In this document: piece after piece, positions 24,001 through 36,152 of the stretch
Layout of the letters: each line of letters opens with the position of its first letter
Position numbering within the stretch: the stretch's first letter is position 1
Assembly: GCF_024521635.1 (NCBI RefSeq)
Contig: NW_026250411.1
Span: 62,001-126,000, forward strand
Reading direction: 5' to 3'
Source: Tricharina praecox
Lineage: Eukaryota
DNA: 64,000 bases
Translations under genes and position numbers: made by a program
Notes under the pieces: generated by a model
Database searches by the model: none
Seen by the model: only the letters and a program-made list of their open reading frames with translations
Told to the model about the DNA's origin: nothing

Positions 24001-24761
24001 TCACCTACATACCTACCCACCTACTCTGCATATCTGGACTCGGCGATGAATGCCCTCGATCATTGACGATGCCAGTTGCGGACAGGAGCCCTACTAACTG
24101 AGTATGTGTGTAGTATGTACCCAGAGCACCTTCGCGACCCCACGGACGCACGTCTGCGTGGCAAGAGGGGGGCAACACGGAATGTTGGTAGATATCGAGA
24201 GGGTGCATCGATCATAGGCATGCGTGCTATGGGCAAATCGCGTGGTTAAGGTTTCCATGCGGGGCGTGTGCAATAGTGGAAGGAAACCCCCAGAACTCGA
24301 TGCGAGAATCGGCCCAGCTATGTATCGACAACACACATTGCGATACTTTCGGGTAAATATCGTACAAATGGCCTTGGCCATTTCGCATCTCCACTCTTCC
24401 GCAGAAACTTGCATGTTTTTGGGGGGAGTGTGTGTGGGGGCAGGAAGAGCGAGGGCCTTAGTTAAGCCAACACCCCGCATAATCGCTTGATGGGGCAAGG
24501 TGATTCGAAGAAAAGAGTGTTCAGTGTTCACGAGCGAGAGCTTCAGCCGCACTTGCTTATTCCTGCTGGGGGGGTCTTCTGGTCGACGTTCGAGTCCGGG
24601 TCGTACCATGGCTACACGAACCACACATGCCCCCCCAGCCCATGCATGGCCCGCACCTCAGAAGGTCTCAGACTCGCCCCTGCCACCTCTGCGATTGGAT
24701 TCGCCTGCTGCAAGAGCGAGTACTGGGCATGTTGGCCGGGCGCTGGTTGGCTGGAGTAATA

Positions 24762-24817
24762 GCCACCACCACCACTACGATCACTACCACCACTTCCACC
24801 ACTACCACCACTACAAC
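24762..24817. repeat. (CAC/TAC)n trinucleotide microsatellite
   Basis: gccaccaccaccactacgatcactaccaccacttccaccactaccaccactacaac. Confidence 0.7.
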
Positions 24818-25282
24818 ACGCGAGACTCCACCGACGCAAGTGGACTGTGCTGTGCTGTGCGGTGCTCGTGCTTGTGTGGCTGCTCGGACCCTATCGGTGG
24901 GTACGGGCGAGTAGCAACGAGAGCAACAAGGAGGAGGGATCGCTCTTCTCCAGGTCGGTTGCAGCATAGACTCTAGGGTACTTATATGTTCTCGAGCTCA
25001 AATCGCCCAAAGTTAGTGGGGAAAGGAATGTAAACAATTGCATGCCTGTGATTGGATGTCATGTTGGCATGTGGGTTTCTTCTCTTCTGCTTATTCCTTC
25101 CACCCTCCATCCATCCCACGGACCTGATCGAAGGAAGCAGCGAGAGACGGAAATCGGAACTGAAAGCTATGCTCTGAAGGCAGAAGGGCAAAAGCGATAC
25201 CTATATCCCTTTTCCCTCCGACTCCCTCGACATCTCCCTTATCGCCCGCTCTCCCCCCGTCGTCCCGTCGAGCTGCGACGAT

Positions 25283-25852
25283 ATGGACATGGCTTCTCGA
25301 CACCTCGGCCACGTCTTCCACCGCCTGCTGCTCGTCCTGCTGCTACGATCCGCGCACACATCGGCCCTTGCCATCCATGCTGCCGCCGACCATCTCCGAA
25401 AACGGACACAATCCCTATCATCATCATCATCTACCACTTCGACCGCGCCTTCATCGATAACCTCGGCCGCCGCCGCCGCCTCCAGCTCAACATCTCCCAG
25501 CGGCGGCAGCGAAAACCCGCGCCTCTCCCTCGCGCTCAAGATCTGCTTCGGCCTGTTCGCGGCAATATTCACGCTGTCCATCATATTCTGTGCGATCCGC
25601 TCGGCGCAGCAGGGACGCCGCGAGCCAAAGGTCGATGCCGACGTGCGGGTGCAGGACTTGCGGGAGGTGACAGCGGAGACTGCGGTGGAGAGGGAGGTGG
25701 AGGTGGAGAATCTGGGGGAGAATCTGGGGGAAGCCGCCGTGAGAGTGCCCGAGAGGGTATTGGTCGCTGAGGAGAGGGTCAGGAGCTGGGTCATGGAGCA
25801 GGAGGTGCTGGTTAACGGCGCCGTGGCAAGCCGGGGTGAGGTTAAGATTTAG
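25283..25852 (+). CDS. Hypothetical type I membrane protein
   Basis: Signal-peptide-like N-terminus (HRLLLVLLLRSAHTSALA), a KR site, a Ser/Thr-rich ectodomain, one TM helix (LALKICFGLFAAIFTLSIIFCAI) and an acidic tail. Confidence 0.7.
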   Translation: MDMASRHLGHVFHRLLLVLLLRSAHTSALAIHAAADHLRKRTQSLSSSSSTTSTAPSSITSAAAAASSSTSPSGGSENPRLSLALKICFGLFAAIFTLSIIFCAIRSAQQGRREPKVDADVRVQDLREVTAETAVEREVEVENLGENLGEAAVRVPERVLVAEERVRSWVMEQEVLVNGAVASRGEVKI

Positions 25853-27015
25853 GCCGGTCGTGTAGAGTACATACGACCGCGGGGAGACATATTTGCTATG
25901 CTACGCTAGAAAGGCGAGGGTTTGCGGCGTCTGTCGGTCTGTCGCTATATTGGATCTTGTTCTTGTTTCTTATTCACCCTCCCACCGCGCAGTACTTAAC
26001 GGTCCCACCCCGAGCCCGAGTGACATCGCGTGTTTTATCAACCTGGCCCTTTATAACCCTACCGATACATGATGGATTGTGCTACCAGTAGCCAACTACC
26101 AACTGCCAACTTCCAGTATCCAGTAACCGGCCGCTCCTTGACCAGACCAACTCAGCGGCAAGCGGAAGTTTCTTCCGCACGCACTCTATGTCGTATGTCT
26201 GTATGTATTTATTCGCCGAGATATGTATGTACCGTACCGGCAGATTCTTCTCCGTGGGGTCCTCCCTCCCCCCTCCACTGTTCCCCCTCCCTCCCCCTCC
26301 CTCCCTCATATTCCCTCCCCCTTCCCTTCCCCCCGCAGTACGCGATTGGATTGGTCGGTGCTCCTCCCGGCTCCTGGGACCTATCGTGCGGAGGCCGCGC
26401 GGACTGGGGGCGGGGGGTTGGCAGTCAGTCGGTCTTAGCCACACAGGCCATAGGAAACCGACCGGGCTGTCTGACTGGATTACGGTACCTGTGTCCCCTC
26501 GTCGTCGTCCGTCGACACCGCGAACACAGCCCCTACGGAGCCACAGCCACAGTGATTCGCCCCCATCCCCGCCCGCACCCTCCTAGGTAATGTACCTATC
26601 AAGGCGTAGAGTAAATACGGTAGATCCGTAAGGGCACCGCAGAAGGACAAGTCGCAACTCCCTCGCCATGCCACCCGTCCGTCCATACGTTCCGACGGTT
26701 CGTCGTCCTATCAGCTAGCCGCGATGGCTTGCATCGTGACGGAGTACTGCCACTGCGTAATGATCTTCCTTTGCCCCCGCCCGCACGGCAATTCAAGAAG
26801 TGGGTTGTTTTCGGTGGGCGAGCAGTGGCAGTAGATCGGCAGCGGCGAATCACGGGTCTCTGTTCATATCCACCTGAAGTACGTATCGAATCAAATCATG
26901 TAGCGCTCGTATATATACACACACGTATCCACACTAATTACACATCTTGCATCATCGCATCATCACCCATCACTCATCACTCCCGTCCTCGCGCTCTTCC
27001 GCCTCGCTCTCAGAC

Positions 27016-28814
27016 TCAGAACTTAACCGGCCCACCCTTATCCCTCAGCCTCTTTCCGTACCTCTGGATGAGGAACAGAACGATGAGTGCGGCACCGACG
27101 ATAGCCGCCTGCGTGCCAAAGCTTTTATCGTAGCCGACCTTTAGTCCCCAAGGCATCTGAAAGTAGCCGACCGAGAACCCGGCGACAACGCGGGCGAAGT
27201 TGAGGTACCCGGCGACCTCACCGGACGCGGTCTGGAACGAGTCGAGGAGGTACGTAGTAACTGCGACGGACGCGGTCATGACACCGAAGACGTAGACGCC
27301 CCAGCCGACGACGAGGACAGCCCAGTGGAGGTGGTGGTGGAGGCCCTGGCCTACGAGGACGAGCCCGGGGATCATGGGGATGAGCGCGATGTAGCACGTC
27401 CACAGGCGCACCTCGGGCTCGAACCGCCCCTGGTGCGTCGCGATGTACCGGTTCGCCATGAAGTCGTTGAAGTAGTGGCCGAACATCTCGCCGATCACCA
27501 CCGCGACTATCGGCGTGAAGTACAGGAACCCCACCGCCTTCGACGAGAAGCCGTACCCGCCCAGCTCCTGCGGGGTTTCGAACAGGATGCTGGTCGTGAT
27601 GTTGATGCCGACCGACCACATGAACGACATGGCGTAGTACAGCATGGTAGGGAGCACAATCGGCTTCATCAAAGTCTCGGTCAACCGCCCGACGGACCGC
27701 GACACCGTCATGAAGTTGCCGTCGTGGTTCTGGATCTGCCACACCCCGAGGACCCGCATGATGCGCGAGCCTCGCGCCGGCTGCGCGGGGATCGTCCGGT
27801 TGTACCACGTCTCGTCCGCAAACATCAGGATCAGCACTAGGTCGATGCAGCACACGCCGAAGACGAGCCAGAAGACGTAGCGCCACTCGCCTGTCTCCGC
27901 AATGATGAAGTTGCCCAGGAGGGGGCCGCAGTAGGGTGCTGGGGGGCACGTGTTAGTCGACAGTCATGAAGCAGGGGGAGGGGGCCACATACCAGCAAGG
28001 AAGAGCGCAGCCCAGAGTCCGATCTTCCGTGCGTGCTCGTGGAAGAAGAACATGTCCTTGATGAAGGAGAGGCCGATAGTTTGGCAGGCGGTCAGGGTGA
28101 AGCCCATCATGGCACGCAGCGCGTAGAACGTTGTGAAGTTCGTTGTCACTGCGCATCCGAGCGTGAAGAGTGCGCCGGCCAGGGTCGTCCAGAAGAGGAC
28201 GGGTGCGCGGCCCCAGAAGTAGACGAACGGAATCCACCATAGTCCTCCGATACCGCTGATCATCGTTTAGTGACTGGCCAATCGGGGAAAGGTCATGAAG
28301 GGGGGCTTACAGGAATATCACGTTGAGATTGCCCGCGTAGTTGACTTTGTCGGGTGTCATGCCCCATTCGATTCCCTGAAGGACGATACATGGGATTCCC
28401 GCGCCGGAGCCAAAGTCTCCTGCGAATGCGGAGAGCGCGACGATGAACAAGATAATCTGGTTACGGGACTTAGAACTTGCATGAATAGGCTGGAAGGGGC
28501 ATAGATGTCACTTACGTGCTTCTTGAACGGCGTCCAGTTCAGCGGATCGTTGGGATCGTCTGAAGGCTGTGGCTGCAGCACAGTCTATCACTCACGCGAA
28601 ATCATCAGCATCCCGGCCCGGCCCTAAAACTGGTACATATCCGGTGAGAACGGGGACCAAAACATACATGCCCGTCCGCGGCCAACTTCAACCCGGCCAC
28701 CTGGGACTTCTCCGCATTCTCGACGTCGAGGATCAAGCCATCGACATTTTCCACGTGTCTGGCCTGTGTCGCGGCGGCCATCTTGACCTCCGTGCTGTTG
28801 CCAGACTCTGACAT
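27016..28814 (-). CDS. Major facilitator superfamily transporter (DHA1/HOL1-like)
   Basis: Exons 28814-28668, 28584-28516, 28456-28311, 28255-27993 and 27938-27016. Motifs LQPQPSDDPNDPLNW, FWGRAPVL, IKDMFFFHEHARKIG, ETWYNR and FEPEVRL, with multiple TM helices. Confidence 0.93.
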
Positions 28815-29922
28815 TGTTGTGGGGAGGGGGGGGGGGGGGAGGGGGGGCGTGGGTATGAAAGATTTCCGAGTATGAAGGATGGATGTCCGACTTTCCTGTT
28901 TGGTTGAGGTCCTGTGCAGCAAATCCTCCAGAGGGATCCGGGACGTTGCTCCTCTTATACAGTTATACTACCTGCCGAGGGGAGTCTTCGCGCGCACGTC
29001 GCTGCAGTTATGCATACCTAGTAGGTGAGTCTACATACAACCTTGGTACTCTGTACCTCGCCGCCTCCGTGCATTCACGCCCAGAACCTACATGTCCATC
29101 CAAGTACATGGGACAACGACAACCCCAGTAGTTGTCACATGGCGATTCGCCGCTATTACATAGCGGTGGCGCTTCCCCAGACTTTTTTTTTGCTGGGGAA
29201 AGACCAGCCCTCGAGTTGGCGAGGAGGTATAGGCATGTAGGCTACGAATGCACTCCATCGCATATTTTGGTGATCCGGGCTGTTGGGTTCCGGCGAGTTG
29301 GAAGCGAGAAACCGTCCGAATCTCCTGCCGATGCTCCACCTGTAGCACCCGGAGGCTGGTACCCCACCATATCACAGGGTTTTCCTATTGGAATGGGGTT
29401 CGAACGATCAAAATGTGGGCCCCAATTCCAATCCCGTGGATCTACAATTGTACGCTTCCGGGATTCGAGCCATGGCTGCGAGTTGGCGGGGGGGGACTGG
29501 TGGGGAAAACAGGCGAAGATCTAGGCTCCATATCTCCAACTAGCGACAACAAAATGGAGCCCGTCAACTTCAAACGTTTCACGAGCGCCCCACGGTTTCC
29601 CCACGCCGCGCTAGTCAATCCTCCCGAAGTGTGGTGGGGTACATGATACATGCACATGTACTTTATGTAATTGGGATTTGCAGTCGTATGATCGTATTTT
29701 GCATCGCGGCTTGGTCCCTGGCATGCAGTGAGTGACATCGAATTTACTGACGACCAATGCAACTGTCCTAAAGAAGTGATGTATAGAGAGATCTCCAGCC
29801 CACCTCGCATGCAGCCTACATATCTACGGAGCGGTGTATAAGAAGGACCGGAACAACAAACGCGCGGGCCATCCCCGACAGCCGCGCCTTTATATGGCAA
29901 ATATGGCAAAACAAAAGACTGA

Positions 29923-29986
29923 TGCGCCAAACCCGGATTGAACGGGTGACCTTCAGATTACCCCGGATATTGGATAGGACCAAATT

Positions 29987-30018
<32 letters not shown>

Positions 30019-30024
30019 TAGCGC
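29923..30024 (-). tRNA. tRNA-Phe(GAA), 29-nt intron
   Basis: Same mature sequence as the other Phe copies; intron aaatttggtcctatccaatatccggggta. Confidence 0.96.
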
Positions 30025-30629
30025 TTGATGTGAGCGGCTCGGATTTGGCTACTAAGTAGTACCATACAACGATACCACTGTGATATATGTACGGCTGGTA
30101 TCCCGCTTTACCCCCGTGTAGTTGGACAATGGTAAGCGAGATTCCAGGTAGCTTGAGTCTGCATATGCAAACTCATGATGTCCAAGCCCAAGCTACGAGA
30201 GAGAGAAAAAAAGGAGTGCGTCCACAGGGCGCTTGGGATTCTGGGCCTCGCGATATCTCCAACCAAGAACTTTTACCTATCGATATGTATCAACAACGGC
30301 GATGGCCCTGAGCACAAAATTTAGACTTAGCGACCTCTACTAGTATGAGCAAGCCAGAATGTCAACTATGTAGATATGCATATAAGACAAATTCCTAGGG
30401 ACCAGAAACCCTTAGCAGCCAGCCCGGATTTCGGTACCACAGCTTTGGTGTGGGGTAGCAGCGACTTCCCCATTGGGGTGCGGACCATCACCTCGTCTCC
30501 ACCGACATCCGTGGGAGCCACCCGAGCCAAACTCTCCGCCGCAGGTCGTTACCTCTGACCACTGAAAAAATGGTGGGGCATGGACATCTCCATGTGCGTA
30601 TAACTAAGCGGTGATATCAAATACTACGG

Positions 30630-30697
30630 CCAACCAGTACCGTCGTAGGCAATTCCATTCACACCAACCAGTACCGTCATAGGCACTTCCGTTCACA
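30630..30697. repeat. 34-bp tandem duplication in monooxygenase 5' leader
   Basis: ccaaccagtaccgtcgtaggcaattccattcaca / ccaaccagtaccgtcataggcacttccgttcaca (3 mismatches). Confidence 0.85.
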
Positions 30698-30730
30698 CCA
30701 GCAAGTGAGAAACTCAGGAGCGAAAGCGCA

Positions 30731-32362
30731 ATGGCATCTTCCCAGCACGCAGATCCACCGCGGCCAGACCAGCTTCGCGGTACGCCCCCCAATCCATTTT
30801 TTCCCCTTCCACATGTACCGAGTGACTGACCGTGCGTGAATAGTCATCATCATTGGTGCCGGGCTGGGAGGCTGCGCTGCAGCCATGGCCATGCACCACC
30901 AAGGTTGATTCATTCTCATCAAACATCCGAATATCCTCATACTGACCAACAGGCTTCCACGTCACCATCTTCGAAAAGATCCGCAAATTCGACCGGCTGG
31001 GTGATTCGCTAGGACTCGGCGAGAATGCGTTGCGTCTCCTGAAGCGATGGGGCCTCCACGACCAGCTCATAGAGATTGGCAACAAGTCGCCGAATATGCA
31101 GATCCGCCGGTGGGATACTGGCGAGAGTATGACTTGCCTCCTCCCCCTCCCTTCACTTCCGCGCAGTAACGTCAGAACTAACGACTTGTCCATTGCAGTT
31201 TTGGCGGTGCAGCCCCTCATGGATATGGCGGGGTACATTGGCCACCGCGGGGACTACCACGTCGAGTTCTTGAAGCAGGTTGAGAAACTGGGGATGACTG
31301 TGAGGATGGGGCACAAGGTCATTACCGCACCACCTCCCGATCACTCTCATAGGTCTAACGTGTGCATCTTCTATTTAGGTGGTAGAATTCCACGAAGCCT
31401 TCAGCACGTCCCCCAGCGTAGTCCTCGCCGACGGGCGCACCTTCACGGCGGACATAATCATCGGCGCGGACGGGATCAAATCGCAAACGCGCGAGCTGGT
31501 ACTCGGCTTCGCAGACAAGCCCAAGTCGTCCGGGTACGCGTGCTACCGGGCGTACTTCAAAGGCGCGCACCTCAAGACGATCCCTTTGTGTGCGCCGCTT
31601 GTGCAGCAGGACTGCGTCAACATCTGGATCGGGCACGACATGCACCTGGTGCAGAACACGCTGCGCAACGGCGAGGAATTCAACTGGATCCTGACGCACA
31701 AGGAGTCAGTCGCGGAGATACCCGAGAGCTGGTTCCAGCCCGGCAACATGGAGGATGTGAGGGAGCTGGTGAAGCAGTGGGATCCGATGATCGTCGCGGC
31801 GGTGAACGAGACGCCGGCGTGTCTGGACTGGAAGATTTGCTACCGCGATCCGATCCCGACCTGGGTCAGCAAAACGCACACGATCGCCCTCCTGGGCGAT
31901 AGCTGCCACCCGCATCTGCCGACTTCGGCTCAGGGCGCCTCGCAGGCAACAGAGTCCGGGGCCGTCCTAGCGCTGTGTCTCAAGCTCGCCGGAAAGGACC
32001 ACGTTCCCCTCGCGACCCGTGTATACGAGAAGCTACGGTTCTCGCGCGTGCGACAGGCACAGCTGAATGGCGAGGATGTCAGGGACCGGTGGCATGGGAC
32101 GCTACGGCAGTTAGATGACGGCGAGAAACCCGATCCTGATCAGGTAAAGATCAAGAACCGGTGGTTGTATCCGTTCGATGCCGAAGCGGATACGAGGGAG
32201 CGGTGGGAGAGCATTTCGGCGATGGTGCGGAAGGAGCTGGAATCTGGTGTGATAACGCCGCTGTTCGATCCGATCACTGGTGACCGGTTGGCGTTAATAC
32301 AGCATGATGCAATGGGACAGAGGAAGGATCTTCCTCTGCCGGCAGAGGTGGTTGTTGGCTAA
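30731..32362 (+). CDS. FAD-dependent aromatic monooxygenase (salicylate hydroxylase-like, group A)
   Basis: Exons 30731-30779, 30844-30903, 30953-31126, 31199-31317 and 31379-32362. Motifs VIIIGAGLGG (GxGxxG), DIIIGADGIKS (DG) and LLGDSCHPHLPTSAQGASQATES (GD). Confidence 0.93.
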
Positions 32363-32529
32363 GTGTCGCTCTGTTGTACTACGTGTATGAAATGCAATCA
32401 ATTCCTAGATGTCATCAAGTGCCGGTGACTCACTATCGTACATCACAAGTGACCAAATTCGTGCACATGGTGGACTGCCATACTCCAAAGCGAAAAGAGA
32501 ACTGTCTAATAGACAAAAAAACGGATTGA

Positions 32530-32595
32530 TGCGCCAAACCCGGATTGAACGGGTGACCTTCAGATTACCCCGGATGTTTGGATAGGACCGAATTG

Positions 32596-32626
<31 letters not shown>

Positions 32627-32632
32627 TAGCGC
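32530..32632 (-). tRNA. tRNA-Phe(GAA), 30-nt intron
   Basis: Same mature sequence as the other Phe copies; intron caattcggtcctatccaaacatccggggta. Confidence 0.97.
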
Positions 32633-33018
32633 TAGATGTTGATTAGACGGACTTATCTGATTTGAGACCATTTTTTGAGAAAAACTAAATACCTAATTCA
32701 CGAACACACGTTCCCGGACTCGAATACATCTCTTATCTGAGGGCTGAATAGTGTTTAGTGTAAAGAAAGACAAATCTGGAACACCCATGTCGGGAAAGGG
32801 ATGAATACTTATTCACTGGACGTTGTTTACATGTTTCGATACTATCAGAAATGGCGCTGAGGAATTGGTGGCTGGTTTGGGGATATCACAGCTTGAGTGG
32901 TACAGCAGAATTTCTTGACTTCGTCTACAGAGCGGTTGTGGTATATGCTAAGTATCCATCCATCCATTCATCGATCCTCATCACAGGCATCTCGGATCTC
33001 ATTAAAGGTCTCCGTCTC

Positions 33019-35643
33019 CTAAGCAGCAACACCAACCCTCCTTCCGCCCCTCCTTCCTCCTCTAGTCGACGGAGCACCTCGCGAGCCCGGCGTCGACTTC
33101 GGCAGCGTATACTTGGCGAATGCACGCGCCAAACTCTTCTTGACGCTGACCTTCTGGGCCTGGACGAAGCTCTCAACAGTAACCCTGATGGCCGAGTCGA
33201 CATCATTGGTACTGACGAACTCACTCAACCGCATCTTCGCGAACGCCTCGCTAAGACGGAAAATACTCTCGAGATGACGGACGGTGATGGGGAAACTTCC
33301 AGTGGCGAGCGACTCGCGACGGAGGTCGGCGTACAGGCGCGAAATCTTGTCTTGGTCCATCTGGTGCAACTTGGGAGACACCTTTTCCCGAGCGTAGAGA
33401 ATGTATTTCCGCAGGAGATCCTGGGGAATCGGAGAGACGGTTTTTTGGGTGGGTGTGACGTTTGCACCGCCGACGGAGGGGTGAGAACGGCTGTGTGATT
33501 CTACGACGAATTTGGCAAGGAGCTCGTCAACGGCGGGATCGACAGTGTCTCGGACAACGCAGAGAACATCGAAACGAGACAGAATGGGCTCCGTGAGCTC
33601 AACATTCTGTGCGAAAGGTATCGTAGAGTTATAGCGTCCTCCGATGGGGTTTGCGGCGGCTATGATGGCGCAGCGGGCTTGCAACGAAGTGACAATACCA
33701 GCCTTGGAAATAGAGATGGACTGCTGCTCCATTGCCTCATGGATCGAGGTACGGTCTTGGTCGTTCATTTTGTCGAACTCGTCGATGAGGCATGTGCCCT
33801 TGTCAGCGAGCACCAATGCACCACCTTCCAACGTCCATTCCGACGTCATGGGGTCACGGCGGACGGACGCCGTGAGACCGACAGCAGAGGCTCCTTGACC
33901 GGTTGCAAAGACGGCACGATGGGCAGTCTTCTCGATATATTTGAGTACCTGGGATTTTGCAGTTCCCGGATCACCGAGAAGAAGAACATTTATGTCGCCT
34001 CGGATGTTGTGCTTGCCGTTGATGTTCTTAGGAACACCGCCAAAGAGTGAGCATGCGACGGCCGTCTTGATGTCACGATGACCGTAGATACTGGGTGCTA
34101 TGGAGTCAATAATCTTGTCGATCACGTCTTTATCCTTAGACAGAGCGCGAATAGCCTTCTCGTCTTCGTCGGTGAGACGGAAACCAGCGAGCTCATCGTG
34201 GGATTTGACGACATTGTTGGCTTCCAAGATCGTGGCAAAAACGGGGAAACCGTTCTTGGAGTTGAGCTGAACATCGTAGTTGTTCCTGTAAATACCCGTC
34301 ACCTCGACTTCCTCTCCAGGCTTTGCCGAGTCTATCAAGTCCCAGAGAAGGATAACCTCTCGGTGGCGTGGCAGACGACCGGCGGGTACAGTACCGGGAG
34401 ATTCCTGAAGCGTCATCTTCTGGTAGTTTCTGTAGACAGTCTTCTCGGTGTTGAGGGAAAACGGTCCTCGAGATTGACAATTCTGGCAGAACGAGATCTT
34501 GACCTCGACATTGGATTCCTGCTGGAAAGGTCCCAGGGTCATACCGCACTTGGCACAGTCGAATTTGACATATTTGAGCTGAGGGAAAACACCGGTCCTT
34601 CTGGTCACCACTCCCCGCACGCGAACCAGGGCATTCAAGTGGGCTTGACGAAGCTCTCGGAGGGTATACGAGGTGGGGAGATCGGCGACACGGACATGAA
34701 TCTCGGAGTGAATACGATCGTAATCAGGGTAATCCATCCGAACGGCATCCATTGCAACCTCATCGAAAATCTTGAGGGTTTCTAATGGAGCGTTGGCAAG
34801 GAACAGAGCAAGTGTAGCCTTCGACTCAGCCAGGTGCTGGAAAGATATCTCCAGAGATTCCGCGTTTACCACACCAAGTGTCCTGATCCTTGCACCGTAA
34901 ACCGAAGAACCGTGCTCGTCCGTATATTCCAGCAAGAAGTTTCGGAAGTGCATTGCAACACTCCGGTAGACATTCGGGTTCGATAGCCAGTCAGCAACAT
35001 TAGCAGCCTTGATATCTCCAAGCTGCTCTAACGAAAGCTCCTCGTCTAGTACGCCATCCATATCTTCATCCTGCTCTTCGTCGTAGTTGTTCCTGCGACG
35101 GCGAGGCTGCATCGACAGATCCATCTCCTCATCCTCCTCATCCGGCAAGAATACTGTATTACGGCGGCGGAAGAGGGCATCGCGCTTATTCAATTGCGCA
35201 TCGATTCGGCGGCGGGTCGATGCATCCATCTCGTCATAATCTTCATCGTCAATATCGGCGGCTTCGTATTGATCGAACTTGAGGTTCTGCGTGTAATCTC
35301 TGTGGGTTTCTTCTCAGCAATGCCCTATAGTGATATGACTGCTAAGACGGTAGGGAGTTATGAACCGTTCTGGGTTGTCCATCAAGTCCTCTCCATCCAT
35401 CTCCTCGTCAATGTCGTCCAGATCCAGTATTCCATCGTTCTCGTCCATCTCGTCTTCATCGTCCAATAACGGGGGCGAAGAACGGAAATTGTTAGGGGTG
35501 GAGGGGATTCCTCCGGGAGGGCTTGAAGGTACTCCTTGGTTCATATCCTGATCCTCATCTTCGGTGTCATCGTGACCGCGCTTTCGCGATCGCGAGGCCT
35601 CTGGTGGTGGTGAAGACTGGGGAAGGGGCCATGGTGAAGACAT
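33019..35643 (-). CDS. MCM2: DNA replication licensing factor MCM2
   Basis: Exons 35643-35366 and 35299-33019. Acidic N-terminus with DY..Y histone-binding region, C4 Zn finger (CAKC..CQNC), Walker [10 protein letters not shown], Walker B IDEFDKM and arginine finger SRFD. Confidence 0.98.
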
Positions 35644-35767
35644 TGCTCGGCTGCGTGTATGAGTGAATTGAGATCCTTAGGGCTGTGGTGGAATTGAGAT
35701 GATTGCGCCGTGGTATATGGTCGTTCGGTGAGATGGTGGAGGATGACTGATGGTGGGGGAGGGCGAC

Positions 35768-35827
35768 ACGCGAAGTAGAAAAGGAGAAAAGAGTCGTTGC
35801 GGTTGCCGCCAACAGCCAACAACGCGT
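35768..35827. promoter_or_regulatory. MCB-like elements (ACGCGA, ACGCGT) in MCM2/BRAP2 divergent promoter
   Basis: ACGCGA at 35768-35773 and ACGCGT at 35822-35827, about 125-185 nt upstream of the MCM2 ATG. Confidence 0.5.
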
Positions 35828-36152
35828 AAAGCGATTTCTGGGGTGTGATAAAGAGCTGACACACGGAATATATGGAGCTGGCTAAAGAGAGTTTTATCGC
35901 AATTAAAATTTCTAGAGTAAGCCATAATACTTACAGTTATACATATAATTGCTGTCTCAACTTCACTCACTTGTTCGGGGATGCTCGTCATACGGGCATC
36001 TCGTCCCTGCCTTACTGGAAGCATCTCACCCCACCAAGAGACGAAAGCTCCTCCACGCGACAACGACTATTACCACCACCACCACCCACTACAACCATAA
36101 TCATAACCACGAACCACAACTACCCCGAGCTGCACGAGAGCTATGCGTACAA

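Noticed and set aside
35872..36152. N-terminal extension of BRAP2/ETP1 from the TTG at 35949, and the overlapping 191-aa ORF
   Set aside because: Low-complexity CA-rich leader; the ATG at 36153 (MPSYFFH) is the plausible start.
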